Source of the DNA: an uncultured Alphaproteobacteria bacterium
GTDB taxonomy: Bacteria; Pseudomonadota; Alphaproteobacteria; Methylaequorales; Methylaequoraceae
Direction of reading: 5' to 3'
NCBI GenBank assembly: GCA_902523675.1
Contig: CABZAL010000006.1
Location: 5,323 to 69,322, forward strand
DNA: 64,000 bases
In this document: positions 50,729 through 64,000 of the stretch, in pieces
How the letters are laid out: each line of letters opens with the position of its first letter
Numbering within the stretch: the stretch's first letter is position 1
The notes under the pieces: model-generated
The model's database searches: none
Seen by the model: the letters and a program-made list of their open reading frames with translations, nothing else
What the model was told of the DNA's origin: nothing
Made by a program: the position numbers and the translations under genes

Positions 50729-51145
50729 ATGATTGAATTTATCCAAACACACTCATCAAATCAAATTTCAATTTTTTTATCTTCTTTTTTATTAGGTAGC
50801 TTAATATTTTTTTCAGCAATTATCGCACCTAATGTTTTTAAAACGCTACCTGAAAAAAACGCTAGATCTTTTATAAGAAGTGTGTTTCCAAAATTATATT
50901 TATGGGGAATTGTGATAAGTTTAATCAATTCTGTAAGTTTAATTTTTTTATCACAAAACGCCTTTTATATTTCGATAATAATTTTTTTAGGTTTTTTATT
51001 TAGTAGAGAAATATTGACGCCAAAAATTAATGCGTTAAGTGACGCAAAGAACCAAAAAAAATTTCAGCAATACCACACCTTAAGTGTTTCAATTTTTATA
51101 ATTCAACTAGTATTAATATTTTCAATAATTTTATTAATTAGATGA
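50729..51145 (+). CDS. DUF4149/TMEM205-like membrane protein
   Basis: FFSAIIAPNVFKTL..ARSFIRSVFPK..F..YH..SV; four hydrophobic segments. Confidence 0.82.
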   Translation: MIEFIQTHSSNQISIFLSSFLLGSLIFFSAIIAPNVFKTLPEKNARSFIRSVFPKLYLWGIVISLINSVSLIFLSQNAFYISIIIFLGFLFSREILTPKINALSDAKNQKKFQQYHTLSVSIFIIQLVLIFSIILLIR

Positions 51146-51892
51146 AAATACCATTTTTAATAACTCAACATCTACGAATTTTTTATTAAAAGATTTTCCC
51201 TTTAAAATTTTAAAAGGATTGTTGGGTTCTCCTAAATCTGAAACAACCAAACTTGCTAACTCAAATTTTTCCTCTTTAGTATATTTAGATGGTGTAACAA
51301 TTACTTTTAAACCAGCTTCATGGGCAGACAGCATTCCTCTTGGTGCATCCTCAATAGCTAAACATGAGTTCGGATGAAGTTGTAATTTTTCTAAAGCCCA
51401 CATGTAAAGATCTGGTGATGGTTTTTTATAATCTACACAATTGCCATGGGCTATCACCTCAAACCATTCTGTAGGATCAATATCTAAACCCTTTTTAAAT
51501 AGATTTAAAAGGTTCTGCTCTAATGTATCTGAAACAATAGCCAATCTAATTTTAGCTTTACGTAATTCATTTAATAATCTTAAAACTCCTGGCCTAGCTT
51601 TGATTTTTATCTCATTCAAATGTTCAACATAAATCTGACTTTTTAGTTTGTGAAGAGTGTTTACATAATTTGAAAAGTTTTTTTGTTTCAGCATTTCAGG
51701 CCAAGCCCTTTTTATATAATAGTTTATTCTTTCTTTCCCTCCACCAACAAATATGAGTTCTTTATAAATAGCTTCGTCCCAATACCAAGATAAACCATAT
51801 TCTTTAAAAGCTTCATTAAAAGATATTCTGTGAATTTCCTCACTTTCAGCAATTGTCCCACCAACATCAAACAGAACTGCACTAAGATTCAT
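51134..51892 (-). CDS. HAD-IA hydrolase, CbbY family
   Basis: FDVGGTIAESE..HR..FN..F...GL.W.W...Y..L...GGKERI, KKPSPDLY, AIED; ATG at 51892. Confidence 0.85.
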   Translation of the reverse strand: MNLSAVLFDVGGTIAESEEIHRISFNEAFKEYGLSWYWDEAIYKELIFVGGGKERINYYIKRAWPEMLKQKNFSNYVNTLHKLKSQIYVEHLNEIKIKARPGVLRLLNELRKAKIRLAIVSDTLEQNLLNLFKKGLDIDPTEWFEVIAHGNCVDYKKPSPDLYMWALEKLQLHPNSCLAIEDAPRGMLSAHEAGLKVIVTPSKYTKEEKFELASLVVSDLGEPNNPFKILKGKSFNKKFVDVELLKMVFSSN

Positions 51893-53327
51893 TTTTGATC
51901 CTTTCAATTATGCTTGAAGTAGATTTTCCTACCTCTAAATCTATCAACTTAACTTCACCACCCCATTTTTTGATTTCAGTGTACCCCACGACATCTTTTA
52001 ATTCATAATCTTGTCCTTTGAATAAAATATCAGGTTTTAAGTATTTTATTAATTTAATCGGCGTTAACTCGTTGAATACTATAATTAAATCTACAAAAGA
52101 GAACTTCGAAAGAATAAAAACTCTTTCTTCCTCGTTAATAATTGGTCTATTTTTTCCTTTAATTTTTTTCACTGACGAGTCACTATTTAAAGCTAGAATT
52201 AAATAATCACAATTTTCTCTTGATTTTGATAAATATTTTACATGTCCAGAGTGAATAATATCAAAACAACCATTAGTAAAGCCTATTTTACTACTAGTTT
52301 TTATTTGATTAATTTTAAATTTTGCTTGATTAACCGTACATAATTTTTTTGTAGCTTGGGAATTATTGACCACCTCATCATAATTAACACTTGCTGTTCC
52401 AAATTTTGAAACTGCAATACCAGCTGCTTTATTTGCTACTTTTGCAGAATCGACTATATTCATTTTTGTCGCTAAACATAGACCTAAATAAGATACTACT
52501 GTATCACCTGCACCTGATACATCAAATACCTCAAGTGCATTAGATGGTAAACTTACAGAAGGTCTATTTATTTGCGAAATTGTCATGCCTTTAGAACTTT
52601 TAGTTGTTATTAAACATTTCAACTTAAAACATTTAATAAGTTGTTTTGAAATTTCTTCAATTTTATCTTTTCCCTCAAAGTCTTTCATTTTTAACCTCTT
52701 TGAAGCAACAAGTAGTTCTTTTAAATTTGGAGTTAAGATGGTTGCACCTTTATAATGATCAAAAGACTCTTTTTTTGGATCTACTATGATAATTTTTTTA
52801 TATTTTTTTGATAATTTTATAATCCTCTCAACTAAGTCCCGCGATAATAATCCTTTATTGTAATCTGATAATATAACTAAATCAGAATCTTTTAATTTAT
52901 TGGTAAAACAATCTAATATTTTCTTTTTCAGAGAACTTTTAATCTTAATATTTTTTTCTGAATCTACTCGAAGTATCTGTTGTTGACCCGATATATATCT
53001 TTGTTTTTTTGTAGTCATTGAGTTCTTTTCAATTAAAAAATTTACTGTTAACCTTTTCTCAACTTTGCTTAATTTTTTTAGAATTCTATAGTTTATGTCA
53101 TCACCAACAACGGATATTAAATAACATGATCCTCCACCTGAACAAATATTTCTGGCTACATTTCCTGCTCCTCCTAACACAAAGCTTTCTTTTATAGTTT
53201 TTAGTATTGGGATAGGAGCCTCGGGTGAAATTCTTTCAACATCTCCATAAACATAAGAATCCAGAATTACATCCCCAATACATAAAATTTTTACATCCTT
53301 AAATTTATTTTTTATGTAATTTCTCAT
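51882..53327 (-). CDS. hldE: Bifunctional heptose-7-P kinase / heptose-1-P adenylyltransferase
   Basis: [48 protein letters not shown]. Confidence 0.95.
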   Translation of the reverse strand: MRNYIKNKFKDVKILCIGDVILDSYVYGDVERISPEAPIPILKTIKESFVLGGAGNVARNICSGGGSCYLISVVGDDINYRILKKLSKVEKRLTVNFLIEKNSMTTKKQRYISGQQQILRVDSEKNIKIKSSLKKKILDCFTNKLKDSDLVILSDYNKGLLSRDLVERIIKLSKKYKKIIIVDPKKESFDHYKGATILTPNLKELLVASKRLKMKDFEGKDKIEEISKQLIKCFKLKCLITTKSSKGMTISQINRPSVSLPSNALEVFDVSGAGDTVVSYLGLCLATKMNIVDSAKVANKAAGIAVSKFGTASVNYDEVVNNSQATKKLCTVNQAKFKINQIKTSSKIGFTNGCFDIIHSGHVKYLSKSRENCDYLILALNSDSSVKKIKGKNRPIINEEERVFILSKFSFVDLIIVFNELTPIKLIKYLKPDILFKGQDYELKDVVGYTEIKKWGGEVKLIDLEVGKSTSSIIERIKNES

Positions 53328-54270
53328 TTCTATTGTTTTTTAAAATTTTTTCAAAGTATTCAATAGTTTTTTTCAGACCATCAATTCGATTAACCGATGG
53401 TGACCAGTTAAGCTGATTTTTTGCTAATGTTATGTCGGGACACCTTTGTTTTGGATCGTCTTGAGGAAGTTTCTTAAACATTAATTTTGCTGCACTTCCT
53501 GTTATTTCTAAAACTTCATTTGCTAAATCTTTAACTGAAATTTCAACTGGATTACCTAAATTTATTGGTCCAATTAAATTTTCCTTGTTCATCATAAGAA
53601 TCGTACCATTTATTAAATCAGTTACATAACAGAATGACCTTGTTTGTTCTCCATCACCATAAATAGTTATGTCTTTATTGGTTAATGCCTGAATAATAAA
53701 ATTTGATACAACTCTCCCATCATTTAATTGCATTCGAGGACCAAAAGTATTAAAAATTCTTATAACCTTAATATTAACTTTATGCTGCCTGTGGTAATCC
53801 CAAAAAATTGTTTCCGCACATCTTTTGCCCTCGTCATAACAAGCTCTTGGTCCGTTAATACTTACTGAACCTTTATACGACTCATTTTGTGGATGAATCT
53901 CTGGATCACCATAAATTTCTGAAGTAGACGCTTGAATTATTTTTGCATTAGTTCTCTTTGCTAGTCCAAGCATATTTATTGCTCCGTTAACACATGTTTT
54001 AATTGTTTGAACGGGATCATTCTGGTAGTGTATTGGGGATGCTGGGCAAGCAAAGTTAAAAATTTCATCAACTTCAAGAAATAAAGGAAACGTTATGTCA
54101 TGTTTTAAAACCTCAAAATCTTTGTTATCTATTATTTTTTTAAGATTATCTTCATTCCCAGTATAAAAATTATCACAACATATTACATAATTGCCATTTT
54201 TTAATAATTCCTCGCACAGATAAGATCCTAAGAAACCAGCTCCACCAGTTACTAATATTCTTTTATTCAT
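53305..54270 (-). CDS. UDP-glucuronate decarboxylase (UDP-xylose synthase) family
   Basis: [51 protein letters not shown]. Confidence 0.94.
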   Translation of the reverse strand: MNKRILVTGGAGFLGSYLCEELLKNGNYVICCDNFYTGNEDNLKKIIDNKDFEVLKHDITFPLFLEVDEIFNFACPASPIHYQNDPVQTIKTCVNGAINMLGLAKRTNAKIIQASTSEIYGDPEIHPQNESYKGSVSINGPRACYDEGKRCAETIFWDYHRQHKVNIKVIRIFNTFGPRMQLNDGRVVSNFIIQALTNKDITIYGDGEQTRSFCYVTDLINGTILMMNKENLIGPINLGNPVEISVKDLANEVLEITGSAAKLMFKKLPQDDPKQRCPDITLAKNQLNWSPSVNRIDGLKKTIEYFEKILKNNRNEKLHKK

Positions 54271-54725
54271 TTTAACTCAATTTCGATAATTTTTTTTTCA
54301 TTTTGTCTCAAATCAAAAGATGACTGCTCAAATTTTGGCGCACTCAAAAAAATTGAAGGGTTATTACTAAATCCATATTTTTCATTTGGAATACCAAAAA
54401 ATGAATCGAATTTATCATTGCTATTCTCATCATGAAAAATTGCTACAGCGTAAATACCTTCTTTTAAATTATTAATCTCATAATTATTCTCAATAATTTT
54501 TGAAGTTTTTTCTTTAAATCCTAAAAATTTTCCTTCTTTTTTTGGAAACTTTTCTTGTTCATTATATATAGCTATATGAATTAAACCACTTTGATTATCA
54601 AAATTTTTTATTTTTAAAATCAAGTCTCCTGATTGTACATTTTTGAAATTCAATATAGGTAAAAATACTAGGAAAAATAAAAAATTTGAAAAGTATTGCA
54701 CTAAATTAAAGGTTTGAGATATCAT
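54267..54725 (-). CDS. DUF2141 family exported protein
   Basis: [29 protein letters not shown]. Confidence 0.9.
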   Translation of the reverse strand: MISQTFNLVQYFSNFLFFLVFLPILNFKNVQSGDLILKIKNFDNQSGLIHIAIYNEQEKFPKKEGKFLGFKEKTSKIIENNYEINNLKEGIYAVAIFHDENSNDKFDSFFGIPNEKYGFSNNPSIFLSAPKFEQSSFDLRQNEKKIIEIELK

Positions 54726-54777
54726 TAATTATATTTTAAATACCTTTTATGGATATTTTTAATTGATAATAAATTAC

Positions 54778-55458
54778 ATGTATAAAATTACTTTATCTAT
54801 ATTTTTATTATTTTCTTTTTTGAAAGACGATCTTCATTCTTCTGAAAATGATAAAATTAATGTAAAGCAGCTTATTGTAAATTCAGAGTTTGCACTAGAA
54901 AAAATTTCTAACACCAAAGATCTCGCTAACTTTCAAGATTACTTAAAGAACTCAAAAGCTATTTTGATTTTTCCAGAGTTATATGAGGGAGGTCTGTTTT
55001 TTGGTGCGAAAGGTGGAAATGGAATATTATTGATAAAAAAAACTAATAATTGGTCAGGACCTTTCTTTTATACAATGGGAGGTTTAAGTGTTGGTCTGCA
55101 GGTGGGAATAAAATCTGGAACTATGATCATGACAGTTATGTCAGATAGAGGGCTAAAGTCGATTATTAAAGAACGGGTAAAATTTGGAGTTGATATCGAT
55201 GTTGCAGTTGTTGATGAAGGAGTTGGTTTTTCTGCAGACAGTACATTGCGTCTGGCAGATATTTTTTCTTTTTCAGATAATTCTGGTCTATTCTTAGGTA
55301 GTTCACTAGAAGGATCTTATCTGCAACCAAGAAATGACTATAATAAAAAATTACATAACAAGTCATTAACATCAGGCGATATACTTAATAAAGGTTTTAG
55401 TACTAAAAGTTCAGAAAAATTTTCATCATTAATCAACGATATTTTACTTTCTAAATGA
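54778..55458 (+). CDS. Lipid-binding SYLF (Ysc84) domain protein
   Basis: Signal peptide; AILIFP..GLFFGAKGGNG, WSGP.F...G.S.GLQ.G, GLF.G.SLEG. Confidence 0.88.
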   Translation: MYKITLSIFLLFSFLKDDLHSSENDKINVKQLIVNSEFALEKISNTKDLANFQDYLKNSKAILIFPELYEGGLFFGAKGGNGILLIKKTNNWSGPFFYTMGGLSVGLQVGIKSGTMIMTVMSDRGLKSIIKERVKFGVDIDVAVVDEGVGFSADSTLRLADIFSFSDNSGLFLGSSLEGSYLQPRNDYNKKLHNKSLTSGDILNKGFSTKSSEKFSSLINDILLSK

Positions 55459-56195
55459 GTGAGAAAAATACTGAGTTATTAATTGTTTTCTGTGGACATG
55501 GCTCTAGGAGTAGCGAATTTATGAATTCTTTTTTATGTTTCTTCAGGAAAATGAAAAGAAAATTCGATATCAAAATGAAATATTGTTTTATAGAAATCAA
55601 TAACCCCCTAATAGATTTTATTTTAGAAACATCTTGTAAAAAATATAAGTCGATAATTTTTGTTCCTGCACTTATTTTTAAAGGAAAACATTATTTGAAA
55701 GATATAAAAAATAAAATAGATACTTATTCCAAAAAATTTGAGAAAAAAATTATTTTAACAAAAAATCTTAACTTAAATAACGAATTAGTAGCGATCTTTA
55801 AATCGAAAATTAATGAAAAAGTTACTAATCGAAAAAAATCTATGCTTCTTACTTGTGCTTCCTTTTCGAAGGAAAAAAATAATGTTCAAATGCTCAGTCA
55901 ATATTCTAAAAAATTATCAATGGATTTAGAAATTAAAAACTTTAATTGCTTTTTGTTTGGAAGTGAATCAAAGATTATATCCAATCTAGAAAAAGAGATA
56001 AAAATTGGTAGTCTAAATTTTATTGTTTTACACCCTATTTTTTTATTTGACGGATTTTTATACAGTAAAATAGTTTCTAAGTTTAAACAAGTCTTTGATA
56101 AAGATCTATTTGTTACAGAACCATTATTGGATGAAAAAAAAGTTTTTGATATTTTCTACAAAAAAATTATAAAGAAATTAACATTACTTGAATAG
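55455..56195 (+). CDS. CbiX/SirB-family sirohydrochlorin chelatase (divergent)
   Basis: CGHGSR, FIE...P, VP..IF.G.H...DI; second repeat P.FLF.G. Confidence 0.8.
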   Translation: MSEKNTELLIVFCGHGSRSSEFMNSFLCFFRKMKRKFDIKMKYCFIEINNPLIDFILETSCKKYKSIIFVPALIFKGKHYLKDIKNKIDTYSKKFEKKIILTKNLNLNNELVAIFKSKINEKVTNRKKSMLLTCASFSKEKNNVQMLSQYSKKLSMDLEIKNFNCFLFGSESKIISNLEKEIKIGSLNFIVLHPIFLFDGFLYSKIVSKFKQVFDKDLFVTEPLLDEKKVFDIFYKKIIKKLTLLE

Positions 56196-56729
56196 TTGCC
56201 TAATCTCTGACTTTCTTGAAAACTTTGCATAATCATGAACTGATCTACCAGAGTAGTCTAAAATATCTTGATCTGCACCTAAAAAAATTAGTTCTTTAAC
56301 AGAGTTAACATTTTCACGTTCTACAGCTATCATTATTGATGTTCTACCCATACTGTCTTGAAAATTTAAATCTGCTCCTTTATCAACTAAAAATTTTATT
56401 AATTCAGATTTTTCTAACATTACAGAATACAATAAGGGTGTAATTTTTTCCAAAAAGACAGAGTTGATATTTGCTTTATGTTTTAACAAAAGTTCGATCA
56501 TCTTCTTATTATTGTTTTTAACAGCATACCCTAAGGGAATCATTTTATCTGAATCAATTTTCGAGCTAGATTGTCCTTCCTCTAAAAGTTGTTCAAGTCT
56601 TTCCAGATTTGCTTCTTTTAGAGCTGATTTATAGACTAATTCAGGAAATACTTCGCTCTCTACTAAAGGATATAGATTATTAAAAAAACAAAAGAATATT
56701 AAAAACTTAAAAGATATTAACTTTTTCAT
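56184..56729 (-). CDS. Ankyrin-repeat protein with signal peptide
   Basis: PLGYAV..LLLKHKANIN, TPLLYSV..LVDKGADLN..D..GRT repeats. Confidence 0.88.
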   Translation of the reverse strand: MKKLISFKFLIFFCFFNNLYPLVESEVFPELVYKSALKEANLERLEQLLEEGQSSSKIDSDKMIPLGYAVKNNNKKMIELLLKHKANINSVFLEKITPLLYSVMLEKSELIKFLVDKGADLNFQDSMGRTSIMIAVERENVNSVKELIFLGADQDILDYSGRSVHDYAKFSRKSEIRQLFK

Positions 56730-56750
56730 AACCAAAAGTATATTATAATA

Positions 56751-57360
56751 ATGATTATAAGAAAAAGTATTTTCTTAATTAGAGCGAATCCATAAGATTT
56801 TAACGAAATTACATATGAAGCTTTATCAAATTTAAAAAAAGTCTGATTGTATAATTATTTCAGAAATTTTTAAAAAAAATTTTTAAAAAGTTTTAGAGCA
56901 GTTTAATATTCTGATCCTTTTTGAAGAAAAAATTTCTTACAAAAAAAAGTGAACGAAAAAATTTATGAAAAAATATTGAATTATTTTTTAAAAAAAATTA
57001 ATGTTCAATTATAGCCGAGAATTATTAATGTTGTTTCATTTCTTAACAAACTAAAACTTTCATTAACCAATAAAAGGCTACATTCAACTGTTTATTTTTA
57101 TGATTTTATTAATGAAGGGTTGAATTTCAATTTTTCTGGTTTAGGATTTGAAAAAATTATTTATGAGAATTGATAAAACGATGGATATTAGAAAATTGTT
57201 TAATGAACTTAACAAACTAAAGCCTAATTATGAAATTTCAATTTTATTTTTTGACAAAAATTTATGGTTAAATGTTTTCGATAAAAATTTAAGCGAGAAA
57301 ATCAAGTATAATTTATCCAAAAAAAGTAATGTCTTCTTAATTTTTAGTAAAAGAAAATGA
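56751..57360 (+). pseudogene. Decayed tetrapyrrole methylase (CobA/CobM-like)
   Basis: IFLIRANP*DFNEITYEALSNLK/KSDCII resembles LVGAGPGDPxLxTxxAxxxLxxADVI; *PRII..L.LSLTNKRLHSTVYF resembles PGI..GIPLTxR..SVxF; stops at 56793 and 57012 plus frameshifts. Confidence 0.55.
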
Positions 57361-57965
57361 ATCGATTTAGACCCAGTATAGCTAAGAATATAATCTTAAT
57401 ATTATTTATTGGATTATTTTTGTTCTTAACAAATTACTTCACCAATGAAATAATTAAACCAAACAAAAAAATTGATAATCAACCTGATATCGGAGGAAAG
57501 TTTATACTTTTGGACCAAAATGAAAGGGTATTTGACTCTAGTACAATTAATAAACATAAACTAATTTATTTTGGATATACATACTGCCCTGATGTTTGCC
57601 CATTTGATATTTTAAAATTAGACAGACTTTTTACTGAAAATATAGAAATCAATCAAAAAATTATCCCAATTTTTATAACTGTTGATCCGAAGAGAGATTC
57701 GACTGATGAAATCAGAGATTTTCTTAAAAATTTTAATAACAAAATCGTAGGGCTTACTGGTAATGTAAATCAAATTGATGCAATTCTTAAACAATATAGA
57801 ATTTACAGGAAATTTTCTAAAGATCCAGATTCGAGTGATGATTATTTAATAAATCATACTTCTTTATTTTATCTAGTAGATGAAAATGATAAATATGTAC
57901 AACATTTTAGTTCACAAGATTTTTTTGGGTCTACTAAAAAATTCTTCACTGATTACAAATTTTAA
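57357..57965 (+). CDS. SCO1/SenC copper chaperone
   Basis: YFGYTYCPDVCP, ITVDPKRD, GLTG, YLINHT. Confidence 0.95.
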   Translation: MNRFRPSIAKNIILILFIGLFLFLTNYFTNEIIKPNKKIDNQPDIGGKFILLDQNERVFDSSTINKHKLIYFGYTYCPDVCPFDILKLDRLFTENIEINQKIIPIFITVDPKRDSTDEIRDFLKNFNNKIVGLTGNVNQIDAILKQYRIYRKFSKDPDSSDDYLINHTSLFYLVDENDKYVQHFSSQDFFGSTKKFFTDYKF

Positions 57966-59837
57966 TTATCTAAAAAGATTATCAATTAATTTATCAAATA
58001 AATTTTCTTCATTTTTTGTTTTATTTTGTTTCTTTATTTTCTCACTCTTAATTGTTAGATTCTCATTTAATTTTGAAATTGGCTTGTTTTCGTGAGCTTT
58101 TTTCATAAAATCACTCCACAATATTGCAGGTGCATTTCCTCCAGTAATTTTACGCATAGGAGAATCGTCGTCATTACCAAACCATACGCCTGTAACCATG
58201 TCTGACGAAAAACCGATAAACCAAGCATCTCTTAAAGACTGACTAGTTCCTGTTTTGCCTGCAGCTGGCCGTCCAATTTTTGCGTTCTTTCCCGTTCCTG
58301 TTCTAATTGTTTCTTTTAGCATCTGAGTCATATCAAAAGTTATATTTTCTTCTAGTAATCTTCCCGGACCAAAACCTTTTCTCAAATACAATAAATTTCC
58401 ATCTACATCCTCAATTAATCTAACACCATGAGTCCATACTCCATTTCCACCGTTAGCTAAAACATTGTAAGCACCAGTAAGTTCTAATAAATTTACTTCT
58501 GAAGTTCCCAGTGCTAAAGATGGTGAATTGATAAGTTTACTTTTAATACCTAAAGATTTTGCTTTTTTTATTACTTCTTCTCTACCAACACTCTCAGAAA
58601 TTTTTACAGCAACAGTATTTATAGATTTAGAAAAAGCTTCAGATATTGAAATATCTCCTAGAAATTCTTTTTTGTAATTTTCAGGTGACCAATTATCAAC
58701 TGAAACCTCTGAATCTTCAATTTTATCATCAGGTAAGAAACCGTTTTCTAAAGCAACTAGATAAACAAACAGCTTGAAAGCTGAACCTGGTTGACGTTGT
58801 GCTTGAGTTACCCTATTAAATTGTGAATCACCATAATCTCTACCACCAACCATAGCTAAAACACCACCGTTCAAGTCTAAAACTACAATTGCAGACTGAT
58901 TTGCTGAGGGAAACTTTTTGGATATACTTGAAATAGATTCCTCTGCCATTCTTTGAAGTTCTTTATCTAATGTAGTTCTAACTATCAAATCCTCATTTAT
59001 TTCCCCAAGATATGATCTTACTCTTGGTAAAAGCCAGTCCACGAAATAACGTGAACTTTTGGGGGGTTCTGAAATATTCTTTTTTGAATCAGATATCAGT
59101 CTATAATTTTCAACGTCATTTAAATTGATGAATGAATTATTAGCCATGTTTCTAAGCACTTTTTTTGTTCTCTTTTGGGAAAGTGTTGGGTTCGATATAG
59201 GATTATACTTTGAAGGCGCTTTAAGCAAACTTGCAATTAACGCACTCTCGTATAAGTCTAGATCCTCGACCTTTTTGTTGAAATATTTTTCCGATGCTGC
59301 TTGCACTCCATAAGTACCAGAACCTAGATACACTCTATTTAAATATATGCTCAATATTTGTTCTTTAGAAAAACGAAACTCTAACCACAGACTCAAAATC
59401 ACTTCATGTAGTTTTCTTGTTATTGAACGTTCTGGAGTTAAAAATAAGTTTTTCGCTAATTGTTGGGTAATTGTACTCCCACCTTGAATAATTCTCCTTG
59501 CTTTAAAGTTTACTAGGAAAGCTCTGGCTATTCCTCTTAAATCAACTCCTATATGATCAAAAAATCTTTTATCCTCGGTAACAATTACAGCATTGATTAA
59601 ATCTTGAGGAAGTTGCTCATAACTAATCGATTGGCCATAAATGTCCCCAAATGAAGCCAGGATTCTACCCTCTCTATCTAAAAATGTTATGCTTGGTTGT
59701 CTGGTAATCTGAATTGATTCTGTTTCAGGAAGATTTAAGAATGCCCATACAACAGTAGCACCCAAAAAAATTGTAAGCCAAACACTAAATACAAATAACC
59801 ATTTTAAAAAAATTAAAGGAAATATTTTTTTTTTCAT
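57966..59837 (-). CDS. Class A penicillin-binding protein (PBP1A family)
   Basis: TEDKRF, GGSTITQQLAKN, RKLHE, QPGSAFK (SxxK), SIN, GKTGT. Confidence 0.96.
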   Translation of the reverse strand: MKKKIFPLIFLKWLFVFSVWLTIFLGATVVWAFLNLPETESIQITRQPSITFLDREGRILASFGDIYGQSISYEQLPQDLINAVIVTEDKRFFDHIGVDLRGIARAFLVNFKARRIIQGGSTITQQLAKNLFLTPERSITRKLHEVILSLWLEFRFSKEQILSIYLNRVYLGSGTYGVQAASEKYFNKKVEDLDLYESALIASLLKAPSKYNPISNPTLSQKRTKKVLRNMANNSFINLNDVENYRLISDSKKNISEPPKSSRYFVDWLLPRVRSYLGEINEDLIVRTTLDKELQRMAEESISSISKKFPSANQSAIVVLDLNGGVLAMVGGRDYGDSQFNRVTQAQRQPGSAFKLFVYLVALENGFLPDDKIEDSEVSVDNWSPENYKKEFLGDISISEAFSKSINTVAVKISESVGREEVIKKAKSLGIKSKLINSPSLALGTSEVNLLELTGAYNVLANGGNGVWTHGVRLIEDVDGNLLYLRKGFGPGRLLEENITFDMTQMLKETIRTGTGKNAKIGRPAAGKTGTSQSLRDAWFIGFSSDMVTGVWFGNDDDSPMRKITGGNAPAILWSDFMKKAHENKPISKLNENLTIKSEKIKKQNKTKNEENLFDKLIDNLFR

Positions 59838-59869
59838 TACTAAGTTTTACGGAAAAACTAAAGATTCAA

Positions 59870-63482
<3,613 letters not shown>

Positions 63483-63488
63483 AAATTG

Positions 63489-64000
63489 TTAAGATCTCAT
63501 TTGCATAATCAGATACAATGAGTTGGGTGAATTTTCAGATTTCAATATTGTCGGAGCTGTGTTTTCAGAAAATGTTAATGAAACCTCGCCTGCCTTAAAA
63601 ACATTTAAAACATCGAGGATATATTTTGCATTAAAGTTAATGTTTATATTTGGTCCAGTATATTGCACTTTAATTTGTTCTGTTCCTGCAGATTTCTCTT
63701 GTCCAAAGGAACTTACAACACACAAATCGTTTGAAATGTCTAATTTTACGGTTCTAAATTTTTCCAATGATACGGTAGATACTCTGTCAATTGTTTCAGA
63801 GAATGCAGTGCAATCTGTTTTCATTATTAAGTTATTATTTTTTGGTATTACACTTTCGTAGTCAGGAAAAGATGCGTTTAAAAGCTTTGATGTAATAATC
63901 AAATTATCTATTGATAATTGGATTTTAGATTTAGATATTTTTAATTCAACTTTTTTATCAAATCCCTCAAGTAACTTTGATATCTCAAAAACCGCCTTTT
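63489..64000 (-). CDS. dnaN: DNA polymerase III beta clamp, 5' part outside the window
   Basis: Open frame to the window edge; SKLL..FPDYESVIP, FNAKYILDVL, LIMQMR. Confidence 0.95.
   Translation of the reverse strand, partial: KAVFEISKLLEGFDKKVELKISKSKIQLSIDNLIITSKLLNASFPDYESVIPKNNNLIMKTDCTAFSETIDRVSTVSLEKFRTVKLDISNDLCVVSSFGQEKSAGTEQIKVQYTGPNININFNAKYILDVLNVFKAGEVSLTFSENTAPTILKSENSPNSLYLIMQMRS

Noticed and set aside
56184-56729. Ankyrin protein as evidence of a host-associated lifestyle or effector
   Set aside because: Short signal-peptide ankyrin proteins are common in free-living bacteria, and intact trp/aro/pyr genes argue against an obligate symbiont
57148-57360. 70-aa ORF as an independent gene
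   Set aside because: Better explained as the 3' piece of the decayed methylase-like gene starting at 56751

Overview
Very AT-rich, densely packed core-genome segment of an alphaproteobacterium. Gene order and composition suggest a streamlined, probably marine lineage (inference). It carries: thrS-infC-rpmI-rplT-pheST-lepA; kdsD-lptCAB-hpf-ptsN; aroA-cmk-rpsA-sppA-ihfB-lapA-pyrF-trpFBA-accD-folC; tsaE-amgK-murU-sbcB-trxA; hprK-rapZ-manX-[HPr::EI]-ahcY; polA; uxs-hldE-cbbY-like; and dnaN-recF-gyrB-PBP1A. Two tRNAs are present (Ala-GGC and an unusual Arg-UCG). No rRNA, CRISPR array or intact mobile element was seen. The main oddities are: (1) a small accessory patch at 45.9-48.9 kb with an intact integrase-derived ORF lacking the catalytic domain, coupled to a small partner gene, plus a SuhB/MmgR-like anti-SD sRNA candidate, a DUF2721 fragment and a POT transporter; (2) exonuclease I where addAB normally lies; (3) an HPr-Enzyme I fusion; (4) tRNA-Arg(UCG); (5) single-base homopolymer frameshifts in gyrB, amgK and lapA; (6) a decayed tetrapyrrole-methylase gene near cbiX; (7) a ROSE thermometer before hsp20. 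All family calls are by motif recognition only; no database searches were run.
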